From NCBI GenBank assembly GCA_965222155.1, contig CBDCTH010000012.1, forward strand, positions 3,040,001 to 3,104,000: a stretch of DNA of 64,000 nucleotides, given 5' to 3'. Within the stretch, counting starts at the first letter, position 1; every line of letters begins with the position of its first letter. The translations under genes were made by a program, and so were the position numbers. Below, piece after piece: positions 28,742 to 37,179 of the stretch. The notes beneath the pieces are model-generated. The model was not told the origin of the DNA. It searched no databases and saw only the letters and a program-made list of their open reading frames with translations. Source of the DNA: Gammaproteobacteria bacterium (GTDB lineage: Bacteria; Pseudomonadota; Gammaproteobacteria; Eutrophobiales; Eutrophobiaceae).

Positions 28742-29656
28742 TCAACCAGGTAAATAATCGGATTGCATTTTAACAATCCGACGGGCAATGTGATACCACT
28801 TGGAGTTACTATCGGTAGCTACCTGGGCCGGATCTCCGGCGGCCTGTTTTTCTTCCAGATAGTCTTTAATGCCCGCCTGCTCCAGCACGTGCTGAAACGC
28901 GTTGTACCGAACTGGGTCAAACGGCTTATCCGCACCGTATTTATCGTGTAACGGATGGGGTGGATAAACATGCATGGAAGCCGAATAGTCAACCGGTACG
29001 ACGGACTCATCTTTGCCCAGCAGCCTGGGTAATAAATGTGTATGCGGTCCCATTTCCGCGCTGACGCTATGACCGGGGATCGGGGTATAGGCTTCGATGC
29101 GGCCAAGTGCCGAGATGACGATGCGGTCAGGCGACAAACCTTGCAGCAGGGCCATGACCGCTTGGCCCCCATCCAGCAACGCCCGGCCGCAGAATGACGT
29201 CAATTTTTCTGCAAGTTGTCCCTCTTTGGTACGTACGCAGAAGCGGATCTGATCCGAACCGAGGCCAAGATCAAACAGCCGCGCGTCCCGATCCCGGGCG
29301 CGTACCGCTTCCCTGTCCGCCCCCAGGTCGGTAATGACCCTGTTTACCTTCAACCGGGCCTGTGTTCGTGGTAAGGCCAGAGCAATAGTTTGCGCCCAGG
29401 ATCGAGTACAGTGAGTTAATTGTTCGTAAGCAAAGCAGGTCAGTTGCTCAGGCAGTTTAATGGATATGGCGCCGCGTCCCGTCAATGCGGAGAGACTGTC
29501 TGTGGTCTCCCCGAAGCTGACCGTTTCATCTTCGTCATACATAAACTCTCCGATGGCGCCTGAAATGCCGTTGCTCCAACTGCTTTCCGGAGAGTGCAGG
29601 TAGCGTTTGACGAGATCAATGACTGTGGTTCTTGAGACAGCTGTTTCAGTGCTCAT
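28742..29656 (-). CDS. Hypothetical protein, last gene of the nitrile hydratase operon
   Basis: 304-aa ORF overlapping the NHase activator stop; LFDLGLG..FCVRT, GRIE..IP, GPHTHLLP, HVYPPHP. Confidence 0.7.
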   Translation of the reverse strand: MSTETAVSRTTVIDLVKRYLHSPESSWSNGISGAIGEFMYDEDETVSFGETTDSLSALTGRGAISIKLPEQLTCFAYEQLTHCTRSWAQTIALALPRTQARLKVNRVITDLGADREAVRARDRDARLFDLGLGSDQIRFCVRTKEGQLAEKLTSFCGRALLDGGQAVMALLQGLSPDRIVISALGRIEAYTPIPGHSVSAEMGPHTHLLPRLLGKDESVVPVDYSASMHVYPPHPLHDKYGADKPFDPVRYNAFQHVLEQAGIKDYLEEKQAAGDPAQVATDSNSKWYHIARRIVKMQSDYLPG

Positions 29657-29984
29657 GTCCGTGCAGGCGTTGATGTTCTTGCTGCACCTGATATTTGCGG
29701 TGCGCCAGCAAATCGGCCGTGACCAGCCCCTTGCGGGTGGTTATTTTTTCCAGAGCATCCAACCAATGGTGATAATAAGTATTGCCGAGATCAGGGTCGC
29801 CCTGAGTGCGAGCTGCGGTTATGGCGTTATTGAGTTGTTGCGCCCACTCCGTCCAGGTAAATAGCTCCTGTTCATGCAGTTTCAGAACCAGCGCAAAAGC
29901 TTGTGCCTGCCAGGGTTCGCTGAACACCGGGCCGTCCTCATCCAATGGCAACCCGGCCAGGGAATCAAGATCAGGCGCTTGCAT
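29646..29984 (-). CDS. Nitrile hydratase accessory/activator protein (P14K-like)
   Basis: PVFSEPWQAQAFAL, FTWTEWA, YYHHWLDALE; His-containing C-terminus. Confidence 0.92.
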   Translation of the reverse strand: MQAPDLDSLAGLPLDEDGPVFSEPWQAQAFALVLKLHEQELFTWTEWAQQLNNAITAARTQGDPDLGNTYYHHWLDALEKITTRKGLVTADLLAHRKYQVQQEHQRLHGHEH

Positions 29985-29995
29985 GGACGGCTGCC

Positions 29996-30661
29996 TTACT
30001 CGGCGGGATCCATATAATCATCGAACAGGTCGATGTAGACGCTGTCATTGGCCAGAGCAGCTTCACCCCACAATTCCCGGGCGCTGAACCTGACGTTATA
30101 GACATGCTGCGGCTTGTCCGGGCCGCCGTGGGCATTGGTATCGGGCAGGAGAAATATGCCGTGGTCCAGTTCCACTACCCCGCGTCTGCCCCTGATATAG
30201 CGGGGTATGCGTGTGTGATGCAGCGGATTGATGTTTCTGGCGATAATCGCATCGCCCGCCTTGAATTTGGGCGGGATATCGGCCTCTACAAAGACCGGGA
30301 TACGGTTATTCATGCCGTATTGCATCCTCTCAACGGGAGCGGCCTCCACGCTTGCCGTCAGTTCCGGGGCCATAACATTGCCGGATTCCAGTTCTTCCCG
30401 GGTGACCACGTTTTTTTGCAGCATTAACTGCTCCAGACTGTACAGCCACTTTTCGTAGTATTTGAAGGTCAGGTAGTCCCGGGGCGGGATGGTTTCCGTC
30501 ACGTAGCGCACCTCATCGGTGACAAAAATACCGGCGTCCATGGTAGCCAGGGTCATGGCATATACCTTCCTTTCCCAGTCGTCGTGAAACACCGGTTCAT
30601 CTTTTTCGATGTTCACGGGCCCGATATTGTCCATCCCGCCTATGTCGTGAATGCCGTTCAT
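29996..30661 (-). CDS. nthB: Nitrile hydratase beta subunit
   Basis: MNGIHDIGGM, YYEKW, HTRIPRYIRG, YNVRFSARELWG. Confidence 0.96.
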   Translation of the reverse strand: MNGIHDIGGMDNIGPVNIEKDEPVFHDDWERKVYAMTLATMDAGIFVTDEVRYVTETIPPRDYLTFKYYEKWLYSLEQLMLQKNVVTREELESGNVMAPELTASVEAAPVERMQYGMNNRIPVFVEADIPPKFKAGDAIIARNINPLHHTRIPRYIRGRRGVVELDHGIFLLPDTNAHGGPDKPQHVYNVRFSARELWGEAALANDSVYIDLFDDYMDPAE

Positions 30662-30681
30662 ATCAACCTGTCCTCGAGCTG

Positions 30682-31284
30682 TTATTGCTGAAGAGTGACC
30701 AACCCGGTACCCACCATGGAATCACGGGTGACGACCTCCTGCAACTCCTCTTCACTCATATTCTCCGTTCCCTCCGGACGTTTGGGCAACACCAGGTACC
30801 TGATCTCGGCGTTGCTGTCCCAGACCCGCACTTCGGTCTCTACGGATAATTCCAGCCCGAATTCCTTTAACAGGCCGCGCGGGTCACGCACCGCTTTTGC
30901 CCGGTAAGGCGTACTTTTATACCAGTTGGGCGGCAGGCCCAGCACCGGCCAGGGATAGCAGGAACACAGCGTACAGACGACCAAGTTATGAATCCTGTCG
31001 GTATTTTCCACCACCACCATGTGACTGCCTTCGATTCCGGTGTGTCCCAGTTCCGCCAGTATCGCGGAGGCGTCTTCCAGCAACCTGGCCTTGAATTCAG
31101 GATCAGCCCACGCTTTGGCGACAATGCTGGCGCCGATATGCGGCCCCACCTTGTTTTCAAAATGGTCGATGATGGCGTCCAGGGTTTCCTGGTTGACCAC
31201 CTTTTTTTCGATCAACAGGGATTCCAGCACCTTGACCCGGAGTTGTACGTCCGACAACGGCGCTCGATGTGCTGATTCTGTCAT
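30682..31284 (-). CDS. nthA: Nitrile hydratase alpha subunit, cobalt type
   Basis: [21 protein letters not shown]; Thr and Tyr in the motif indicate the Co type. Confidence 0.97.
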   Translation of the reverse strand: MTESAHRAPLSDVQLRVKVLESLLIEKKVVNQETLDAIIDHFENKVGPHIGASIVAKAWADPEFKARLLEDASAILAELGHTGIEGSHMVVVENTDRIHNLVVCTLCSCYPWPVLGLPPNWYKSTPYRAKAVRDPRGLLKEFGLELSVETEVRVWDSNAEIRYLVLPKRPEGTENMSEEELQEVVTRDSMVGTGLVTLQQ

Positions 31285-31388
31285 TTGGCCTGCCTCTTTC
31301 TGTTATTTTCGTCTGAGAATTAGCATGACATAAACCGACGCGCTGTCAAGCAGCAGATGACAAGTCATGGCCGGATTTCCCCGTCTTA

Positions 31389-31673
31389 TCATTTAAGAGC
31401 CGCGATTTGACTGGGACAGAAGCAATGGTCGGAGGCCGTTCCGATTCGCTTCCCTGACGTATTAACTTCAAGTCGATGCTTGATGGCGCGGAACCCCTCG
31501 GCCAGGTCCTGATTGCAATTCCGGCCAACATACGTATCCCAGCCAGAGCAGGATATGTTCTGCGCGGTCGTCTGTATTCTGGCTATACTGACAACGGGCT
31601 TTTCAGCCAATGCGGGGAAAACAACTGACAGGAACAGGCCGGGTAAAAATACAAGATATCTGCTCAATAGCAT
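31389..31673 (-). pseudogene. Truncated exported protein (possibly a CsgG/HfaB-like N-terminus)
   Basis: RBS and signal peptide, then KPVVSI..DLAEGFRA, followed by an abrupt, apparently unrelated tail. Confidence 0.3.
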
Positions 31674-31852
31674 AACGTACCCTCTTCAAAGATGTGAATC
31701 ACCAGGATAAAGATGCCTGACCTTGCAATCATCTCGCAGAAGCTTACGGAAAGTCCTGCCTATTTACCCAGCCAGGGAGCAACCCCGCCGTATAATGGGC
31801 TATTATATTGAGCAGATGGCCCGACCACGGGCTTCTGCTTATGATTGCACGG

Positions 31853-31990
31853 CTAGGATAATCCAGATTTTCGGTTAACCTTAACCAATGCCTTGATGCC
31901 CGCCTCGCCCTTACCCAAACGCCGCAGCCAATCCCCCAACATGTCGGCGCTCGGTAACCGCCGTAACTCCAACAACTTCATCAGGCGATC
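31853..31990 (-). mobile_element. IS1380-like transposase fragment
   Basis: Manual translation DRLMKLLELRRLPSADMLGDWLRRLGKG..VNR; no start codon. Confidence 0.5.
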
Positions 31991-32031
31991 TTAAGAGAAT
32001 TGCTGTCAGGTCGAATCAAAACTTCTACAAA

Positions 32032-33054
32032 TCATCCCACTTCATAAATTGCCTCAATATCTCGAATCATCAACTCCATTTGTACTGATTCTTTTTTGTG
32101 GTCATTGAGTGATTCGACAGCTTTCCGGGCAATTTCAACCGATTTGCTCTCTTTATCTATCCCGATGTATTGTCTTTCTTCACTCAGGGCAGCAACCGCG
32201 GTGGTTCCGCTACCGATAAAACAATCAAGCACACAATCACCCGGATCAGTAAAAAGCTTAATCGCCCTTCTTGGCAACTCGACCGGGAATTTTGAATCAT
32301 GATCAGAATTACTACGAACCGATGAAATCTCCCAGACCCCCCTGGAACCCCAGTTAATCCATTCCTGTTTAGTCAGTCTTGCTCGATCTACTTTGGTAAT
32401 CCCTGGTTTCCAGAAAATGTAGATATATTCGGATTCATCCACTGAGCGATAAGATATCGTATGCCATCTCGAGTTCTCCCAGGCTGCATCTTTGATCCAG
32501 ATGCGACGATCATACAAGTAAAAACCAGCCTCCAGAGCTGCTTCTTCAATATAACCTCCGACCAGGCAGACTCTTGTCTGAGACTGATATTTGCCTCCCC
32601 TTATATTATTGCCATTAAGTCTCCTGTCAATAGTTTGCTCACTGCAATTAAAGTGTTCAGCCAACCTGTATCTATTCCAATCCGGATGTTTTTCCTTGAC
32701 CTTTACTATTTCTTCCCTGGATAGATTCACCTTCCTTCTGGACACATTATCTGCCATTATCTTTGGCATTGATTCATCTTTGAAACATAAAATGTCGGCT
32801 ATGTTGATTATCAGGAATCCACCCGGTTTTATAATTGGAAAATGGGAAAGGATGACTTCCCGTAATAATGCTTTCCACTCATCAAAAGTCAAATCCTTCT
32901 CATAATTTTTTCCGACATAGTAAGGCGGCGACCAAACACTGAGAGCAATGGAATTCGTTTCAATTCCTTTGAGCAGTACCCTGCTGTCACCGTAATAAAT
33001 GTTATTGGGTTCCAGTTTTTTTGAAATATCTATGATCGCCATGACCCCGTACAC
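32032..33054 (-). CDS. N4-cytosine DNA methyltransferase, beta class (M.BglI/M.SfiI-like)
   Basis: WSPPY (motif IV) precedes H..KFP..LP and LDCFIGSGTT (motif I); AT-rich DNA. Confidence 0.9.
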   Translation of the reverse strand: MYGVMAIIDISKKLEPNNIYYGDSRVLLKGIETNSIALSVWSPPYYVGKNYEKDLTFDEWKALLREVILSHFPIIKPGGFLIINIADILCFKDESMPKIMADNVSRRKVNLSREEIVKVKEKHPDWNRYRLAEHFNCSEQTIDRRLNGNNIRGGKYQSQTRVCLVGGYIEEAALEAGFYLYDRRIWIKDAAWENSRWHTISYRSVDESEYIYIFWKPGITKVDRARLTKQEWINWGSRGVWEISSVRSNSDHDSKFPVELPRRAIKLFTDPGDCVLDCFIGSGTTAVAALSEERQYIGIDKESKSVEIARKAVESLNDHKKESVQMELMIRDIEAIYEVG

Positions 33055-33731
33055 TCCTTATTTGATTCATGATAAGTCAGCGTTTGAACACGCCATGCTG
33101 CTTTGGATTTTAACTTGCTGAAACTGACCCTTACCCTGAAATCTTCACCCAATGTGGGGGCATTCCTTCCCGCCAACCAAATACTATTATCAGCGCTGGG
33201 GTTATACCTGTCCTGCAGCCGACCGTTGGGTATAGCTGCAATGGTAACATCGCGCAAATGGTGCATACCATTGTCATCATCTTCATACTTAAAATGCACA
33301 AGACATGTTGTGGTTAAGTATTTGTTTCCGCCATACTCGGAAATTTTGGGGAGAGAGCCCTGTTCATTTACTTCTGTTCCAGCCCGCAGTTGTTTTATGC
33401 ACATTGAGGTCTGTGACATTTGTATTGTAGCGGAACGTCCTTCTTTTTCCGCCTTTGAATCAATGAATAGCGCTTGTCTGACTGTTTGCTCAGGCAAGAT
33501 AATGTATCTTGCTTTTTTATAATCTACCGTGCCATAAATTCTTTGTTGAACGTTGAAACCGGAAAGTCTGTCAAGTAACTCCCGTGTGACATCCTCTGCA
33601 ATGTCTTTCACGCTATCCGGAGATTTAAGAAAAATCTCATGAGCTTCCATGCCAAAATCAAGTACTGCCTGAAATACCCATCGCAAGGTAAGTTTTTCAA
33701 TCTCTTCGATTTCCTGCAGTGAAATATCCAT
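33030..33731 (-). CDS. SfiI-family type II restriction endonuclease
   Basis: IEKLTLR..IAEDVT..GTVDYKKARY..IDSKAEK..VHFKY..P.GRLQDRYNP..R.RVSF..LK..WRVQ recalls SfiI; overlaps the MTase. Confidence 0.8.
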   Translation of the reverse strand: MDISLQEIEEIEKLTLRWVFQAVLDFGMEAHEIFLKSPDSVKDIAEDVTRELLDRLSGFNVQQRIYGTVDYKKARYIILPEQTVRQALFIDSKAEKEGRSATIQMSQTSMCIKQLRAGTEVNEQGSLPKISEYGGNKYLTTTCLVHFKYEDDDNGMHHLRDVTIAAIPNGRLQDRYNPSADNSIWLAGRNAPTLGEDFRVRVSFSKLKSKAAWRVQTLTYHESNKECTGSWRS

Positions 33732-33810
33732 GGGGGTTTCCCTCCCTTAAAAATAGAGTATTGCTTTCGCACATTATACACAATTCATTCATTGACTATC
33801 ACGCGAGATC

Positions 33811-33845
33811 CCCCTAATCCCGCACTTTCCAGTGCGGGATTAGGG
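33811..33845. repeat. Long inverted repeat (REP-like)
   Basis: CCCTAATCCCGCACT-TTCC-AGTGCGGGATTAGGG. Confidence 0.65.
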
Positions 33846-33871
33846 TATGACCCATCACAGTAGATCCTGTT

Positions 33872-33891
33872 GAATCCGGTTGCGCCGACCA
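33872..33891 (+). other. Possible tRNA-Pro 3'-end fragment (att relic)
   Basis: GAATCCGGTTGCGCCGACCA resembles a T-arm 3' side, acceptor strand and CCA; no 5' half is present. Confidence 0.35.
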
Positions 33892-34129
33892 TATTGTGGT
33901 ATATATTGAATTTCTGGTATTGTGGGTGCCGGAACCATAACAACTCCAATTCCCATATTGAAAAATGAAGTCGCTGCGCGTCTGCATCAGGAAGGCTGGT
34001 AGACATGGAAGTCTCGCTTATGTTCAGTGAGTTAGGAATTCAGGTATTGCCGTTTGATGCCGATGCCACATTGTTGAGGAGTCGCTTCCGTACAGCCACA
34101 CAAAAATCGGGACTGGGTTTGGGAGAACA

Positions 34130-35335
34130 ATGCGCCAATCACAATTTGTTTTGTTGATGCTGGTCGGCGGCACGATCATCGCCGTCAGCATGGGTATCCG
34201 CCAATCGTTCGGCGTGTTCCTGCAACCGGTGGTCACCGACCTGGAGCTTACCCGGACCGCGTTCGGGCTGACCATTGCCATCCAGAATCTTATCTGGGGG
34301 CTGGCACAGCCGTTTGCCGGGATGCTGGCGGATAAATACGGCAGCTTCCGGATGTTGATCCTCTCCAGCCTGCTGTACATTGCCGGGTTGGTCCTGACCG
34401 CGCATACGTCATCTGCTACCGGCCTGCACCTCAGCCTGGGGGTGATGGTAGGACTGGCGATGAGCGGGACCACGTTTACGGTAGTGTTGAGCGCGGTGGG
34501 TCGGCTGGTGGCGCCGGAGAAAAGGAGTCTGGCATTCGGCATCGTCTCCGCCGGAGGGTCCATCGGCATGTTTTCCTTTGTGCCGCTCAGCCAGTTTTTC
34601 ATCGGCCTGCATGGCTGGAGCGTGGCCTTACTGATCCTGGCGGGATGTGTGACGATAGTGCCGTTGCTGTCACTGGTGTTACAGCGCCAGACGAAGGAGG
34701 ACACTGTTCGGCCGCCCCTGCCCGGAGAAACCTTATCCCAGGCTTTGAAGAACGCCCGCGCGCATTCCGGTTACTGGTTGTTGAATTCCGGATTTCTCGT
34801 ATGCGGTTTCCATGTGGCCTTTATCGCAACACACCTGCCGGCGTTTCTGAATGATCATGCGTTTTCCCCCATGCTCGCAGCATTTGCGCTTGGCCTGATC
34901 GGTTTTTTTAATATCGTCGGCACCTACCTGGCCGGCCTGTACGGAGGGCGCTACCGAAAAAAATATTTATTGAGCGGCTTGTACCTGGGTCGTGCGCTGG
35001 TGATTGCTCTGTTTATCATGCTGCCCTTGAGCGAAGTGACCCTGATGCTGTTTGCCGCGGCGATGGGTCTGTTATGGTTGGGAACCATACCGTTAACAAG
35101 CGGCCTGGTTGTCGAGATATTCGGTGTCCGTTATGCAGGAACGTTATTCGGCATCGTGTTCTTCAGCCACCAGATAGGCAGTTTCCTGGGTGCCTGGCTG
35201 GGCGGTTATTTCTTCGAGACCACCGGATCCTACACCCTGATGTGGCAACTGGCCGTGTTGCTGGGCATCATATCCGCCCTGCTGCACTGGCCCATACGGG
35301 ACGAGCCGGTCGTTGTCCAGGCAACGCCGGCATGA
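34130..35335 (+). CDS. MFS transporter
   Basis: About 12 TM segments; G.RQSFG, G.LADKYG, CGFHVAFI.THLP, FFSHQIGSF. Confidence 0.92.
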   Translation: MRQSQFVLLMLVGGTIIAVSMGIRQSFGVFLQPVVTDLELTRTAFGLTIAIQNLIWGLAQPFAGMLADKYGSFRMLILSSLLYIAGLVLTAHTSSATGLHLSLGVMVGLAMSGTTFTVVLSAVGRLVAPEKRSLAFGIVSAGGSIGMFSFVPLSQFFIGLHGWSVALLILAGCVTIVPLLSLVLQRQTKEDTVRPPLPGETLSQALKNARAHSGYWLLNSGFLVCGFHVAFIATHLPAFLNDHAFSPMLAAFALGLIGFFNIVGTYLAGLYGGRYRKKYLLSGLYLGRALVIALFIMLPLSEVTLMLFAAAMGLLWLGTIPLTSGLVVEIFGVRYAGTLFGIVFFSHQIGSFLGAWLGGYFFETTGSYTLMWQLAVLLGIISALLHWPIRDEPVVVQATPA

Positions 35336-35345
35336 CGCTAATATT

Positions 35346-35969
35346 TCAGCGCCGCCGCTCTTCCCCGATCAGGTGGTCCATGGCCTCCAGCATCTCCTCA
35401 AATGAGCCGGCCGAGGATGCGGAGATCAAGTACTTGCCGTTCACGATAAGGGAAGGGACGCCGGTGATCCTGGCGTCTCGGGCCATTAAAAATGCCTGTT
35501 TCATCTTGACTTCTGTTTCGTTGGAATCGTAGTGCCTGGCAAACTCATCCTTGTCAAGGCCCACTTCTGCGGCGAAATCGATCAGGCGGTCACGAGTGAA
35601 AACATCGCGGCGTTTTACATGCAGCGCGTTGAACAGGGGAGTGTGAAATTGTTCCAGTGCGCCCATTTTCTCAGCCGCGAAATAGCCCTTGGCATGAACC
35701 GCCCAGCGACTGTTCAACACCCCGGGCAACTGGCGAAATAGCACGTCTTCCGGTTTGGTCTTAAGCCATGCCTTGATGTGCGGCTCAAAGCTGAAGCAAT
35801 GGGAGCAGCCGTACCAGAAGATTTCAACTACTTCGATCTTATCGCCCGACTGTGTGGGCAGGACGGGCTTGATTCGCGTATAGGAAGAATCGGAGGATTG
35901 CGCCTGTAGCGGACCCATGATAAGCCCTGACAGGAAAATGCATGAAATGAGTAATCGTTTTATGTGCAT
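35346..35969 (-). CDS. dsbA: Thiol:disulfide interchange protein DsbA
   Basis: Signal peptide, EIFWYGCSHC, GVP..IVNGKY. Confidence 0.92.
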   Translation of the reverse strand: MHIKRLLISCIFLSGLIMGPLQAQSSDSSYTRIKPVLPTQSGDKIEVVEIFWYGCSHCFSFEPHIKAWLKTKPEDVLFRQLPGVLNSRWAVHAKGYFAAEKMGALEQFHTPLFNALHVKRRDVFTRDRLIDFAAEVGLDKDEFARHYDSNETEVKMKQAFLMARDARITGVPSLIVNGKYLISASSAGSFEEMLEAMDHLIGEERRR

Positions 35970-37153
35970 TATAACTCACCATAGGAATGTAAACCGGACA
36001 GAAACATATTGACACCCAGGAACGCAAACAGGGTCACAAACAGGCCTACTATCGCCCAGGCGGCCATCGCAGTACCATGCCAGTTCCTGCTGATGCGCAT
36101 GTGCAACCAGGCCGCATAATTCAACCAGACGATCAATGCCCAGGTTTCTTTCGGATCCCATGACCAGTATCCGCCCCAGGCCTCGGCTGCCCATAATGAA
36201 CCCAGAATGGTTGCCACGGTGAAAAAGGCAAAACCCAGGGCGATTGCCTTGTACATCATATCGTCTATCTCCGCTCGTGCCGGCAGGCGCGCGGACACTC
36301 TGCGCGGGTGCGGGTTTGAGTCATCACCCTTGACCAGGTAAGCCAGGCCCAGCATGGCAGCGATGCTGAAGCAGCTATAGCCTATGAAATTGGCCGGCAC
36401 GTGGATCTTCATCCAGTAACTCTGCAGTGCAGGCACCAACGGCTGGATTTCATGGGCGCCCCGGTCGAATGTGTACCACAACAGGAAGCCGACGGCGGCG
36501 CTGATTACCAGCAGGACGAACCCGCCCAGGGCCCGGGTCCGGTAACGCTTTTCGTAATGCAGGTAAATGATAGCGGTGGTTACGCAGAACAGAATGAATA
36601 CCTCATACAGGTTGCTGACCGGAATATGGCCTATTTCCGGACTGATCAGGTAGGACTCATACCAGCGCACCAGCAAGCCGGTCAAACCCATGCCTGCGCC
36701 GGTCCAGGTTAAGCCTGTGCCGACGGCAGCGGAAAATGCCGAGCCAGTGAACAAAGAGAAAAAATAGCTCAGGGTCGCCAGTACAAAGAGAAAACTCATC
36801 CACATTATAGCCGTCTGGCTGGCCAGGAAATACTGCAACAGGAAGCGCTCTTCGGCCTGCCCCAGGGCGGCGCCATAAAGCTGGATGGAGAGCAAAGCCA
36901 GCGCGGCGACGATAAGCAGCAGGCGCCGGAATTCAGCCCAGACTGTACCGACATATCCCATGACCAGAGTGAGACAGGAAAATATGATCCATTCATATCC
37001 ATTCAGGTATTGCCGGTAGTTGGCGTAGACGAATCCGAAACCGCACAGGAGCAGCGCTCCCCACAGGTAATCGACCCGCCCCAACGAGTGCCGGCTGCCA
37101 GTAAAGCCGGCTTCGTCTGCCAGGGTTTCAGATACCATCACATTAGTGCGCAT
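35969..37153 (-). CDS. ccsB: System II cytochrome c biogenesis WWD protein (CcsA/ResC; often annotated CcsB)
   Basis: P.SNLYE, LQSYWMKIHV, WGGYWSWDPKETW, GLHSY. Confidence 0.92.
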   Translation of the reverse strand: MRTNVMVSETLADEAGFTGSRHSLGRVDYLWGALLLCGFGFVYANYRQYLNGYEWIIFSCLTLVMGYVGTVWAEFRRLLLIVAALALLSIQLYGAALGQAEERFLLQYFLASQTAIMWMSFLFVLATLSYFFSLFTGSAFSAAVGTGLTWTGAGMGLTGLLVRWYESYLISPEIGHIPVSNLYEVFILFCVTTAIIYLHYEKRYRTRALGGFVLLVISAAVGFLLWYTFDRGAHEIQPLVPALQSYWMKIHVPANFIGYSCFSIAAMLGLAYLVKGDDSNPHPRRVSARLPARAEIDDMMYKAIALGFAFFTVATILGSLWAAEAWGGYWSWDPKETWALIVWLNYAAWLHMRISRNWHGTAMAAWAIVGLFVTLFAFLGVNMFLSGLHSYGEL

Positions 37154-37179
37154 AGGTTATATGACGAATGCAGGTTGAG

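Noticed and set aside
32600-32740. HTH-like insert in the methyltransferase (RYRLAEHFNCSEQTIDRRL) as a novel fusion
   Set aside because: As I recall, M.BglI has the same segment, so it is a family feature.
33785-34006. 73-aa ORF upstream of the REase as a controller (C) protein
   Set aside because: No HTH, and it runs through a palindromic repeat and the tRNA-like fragment.
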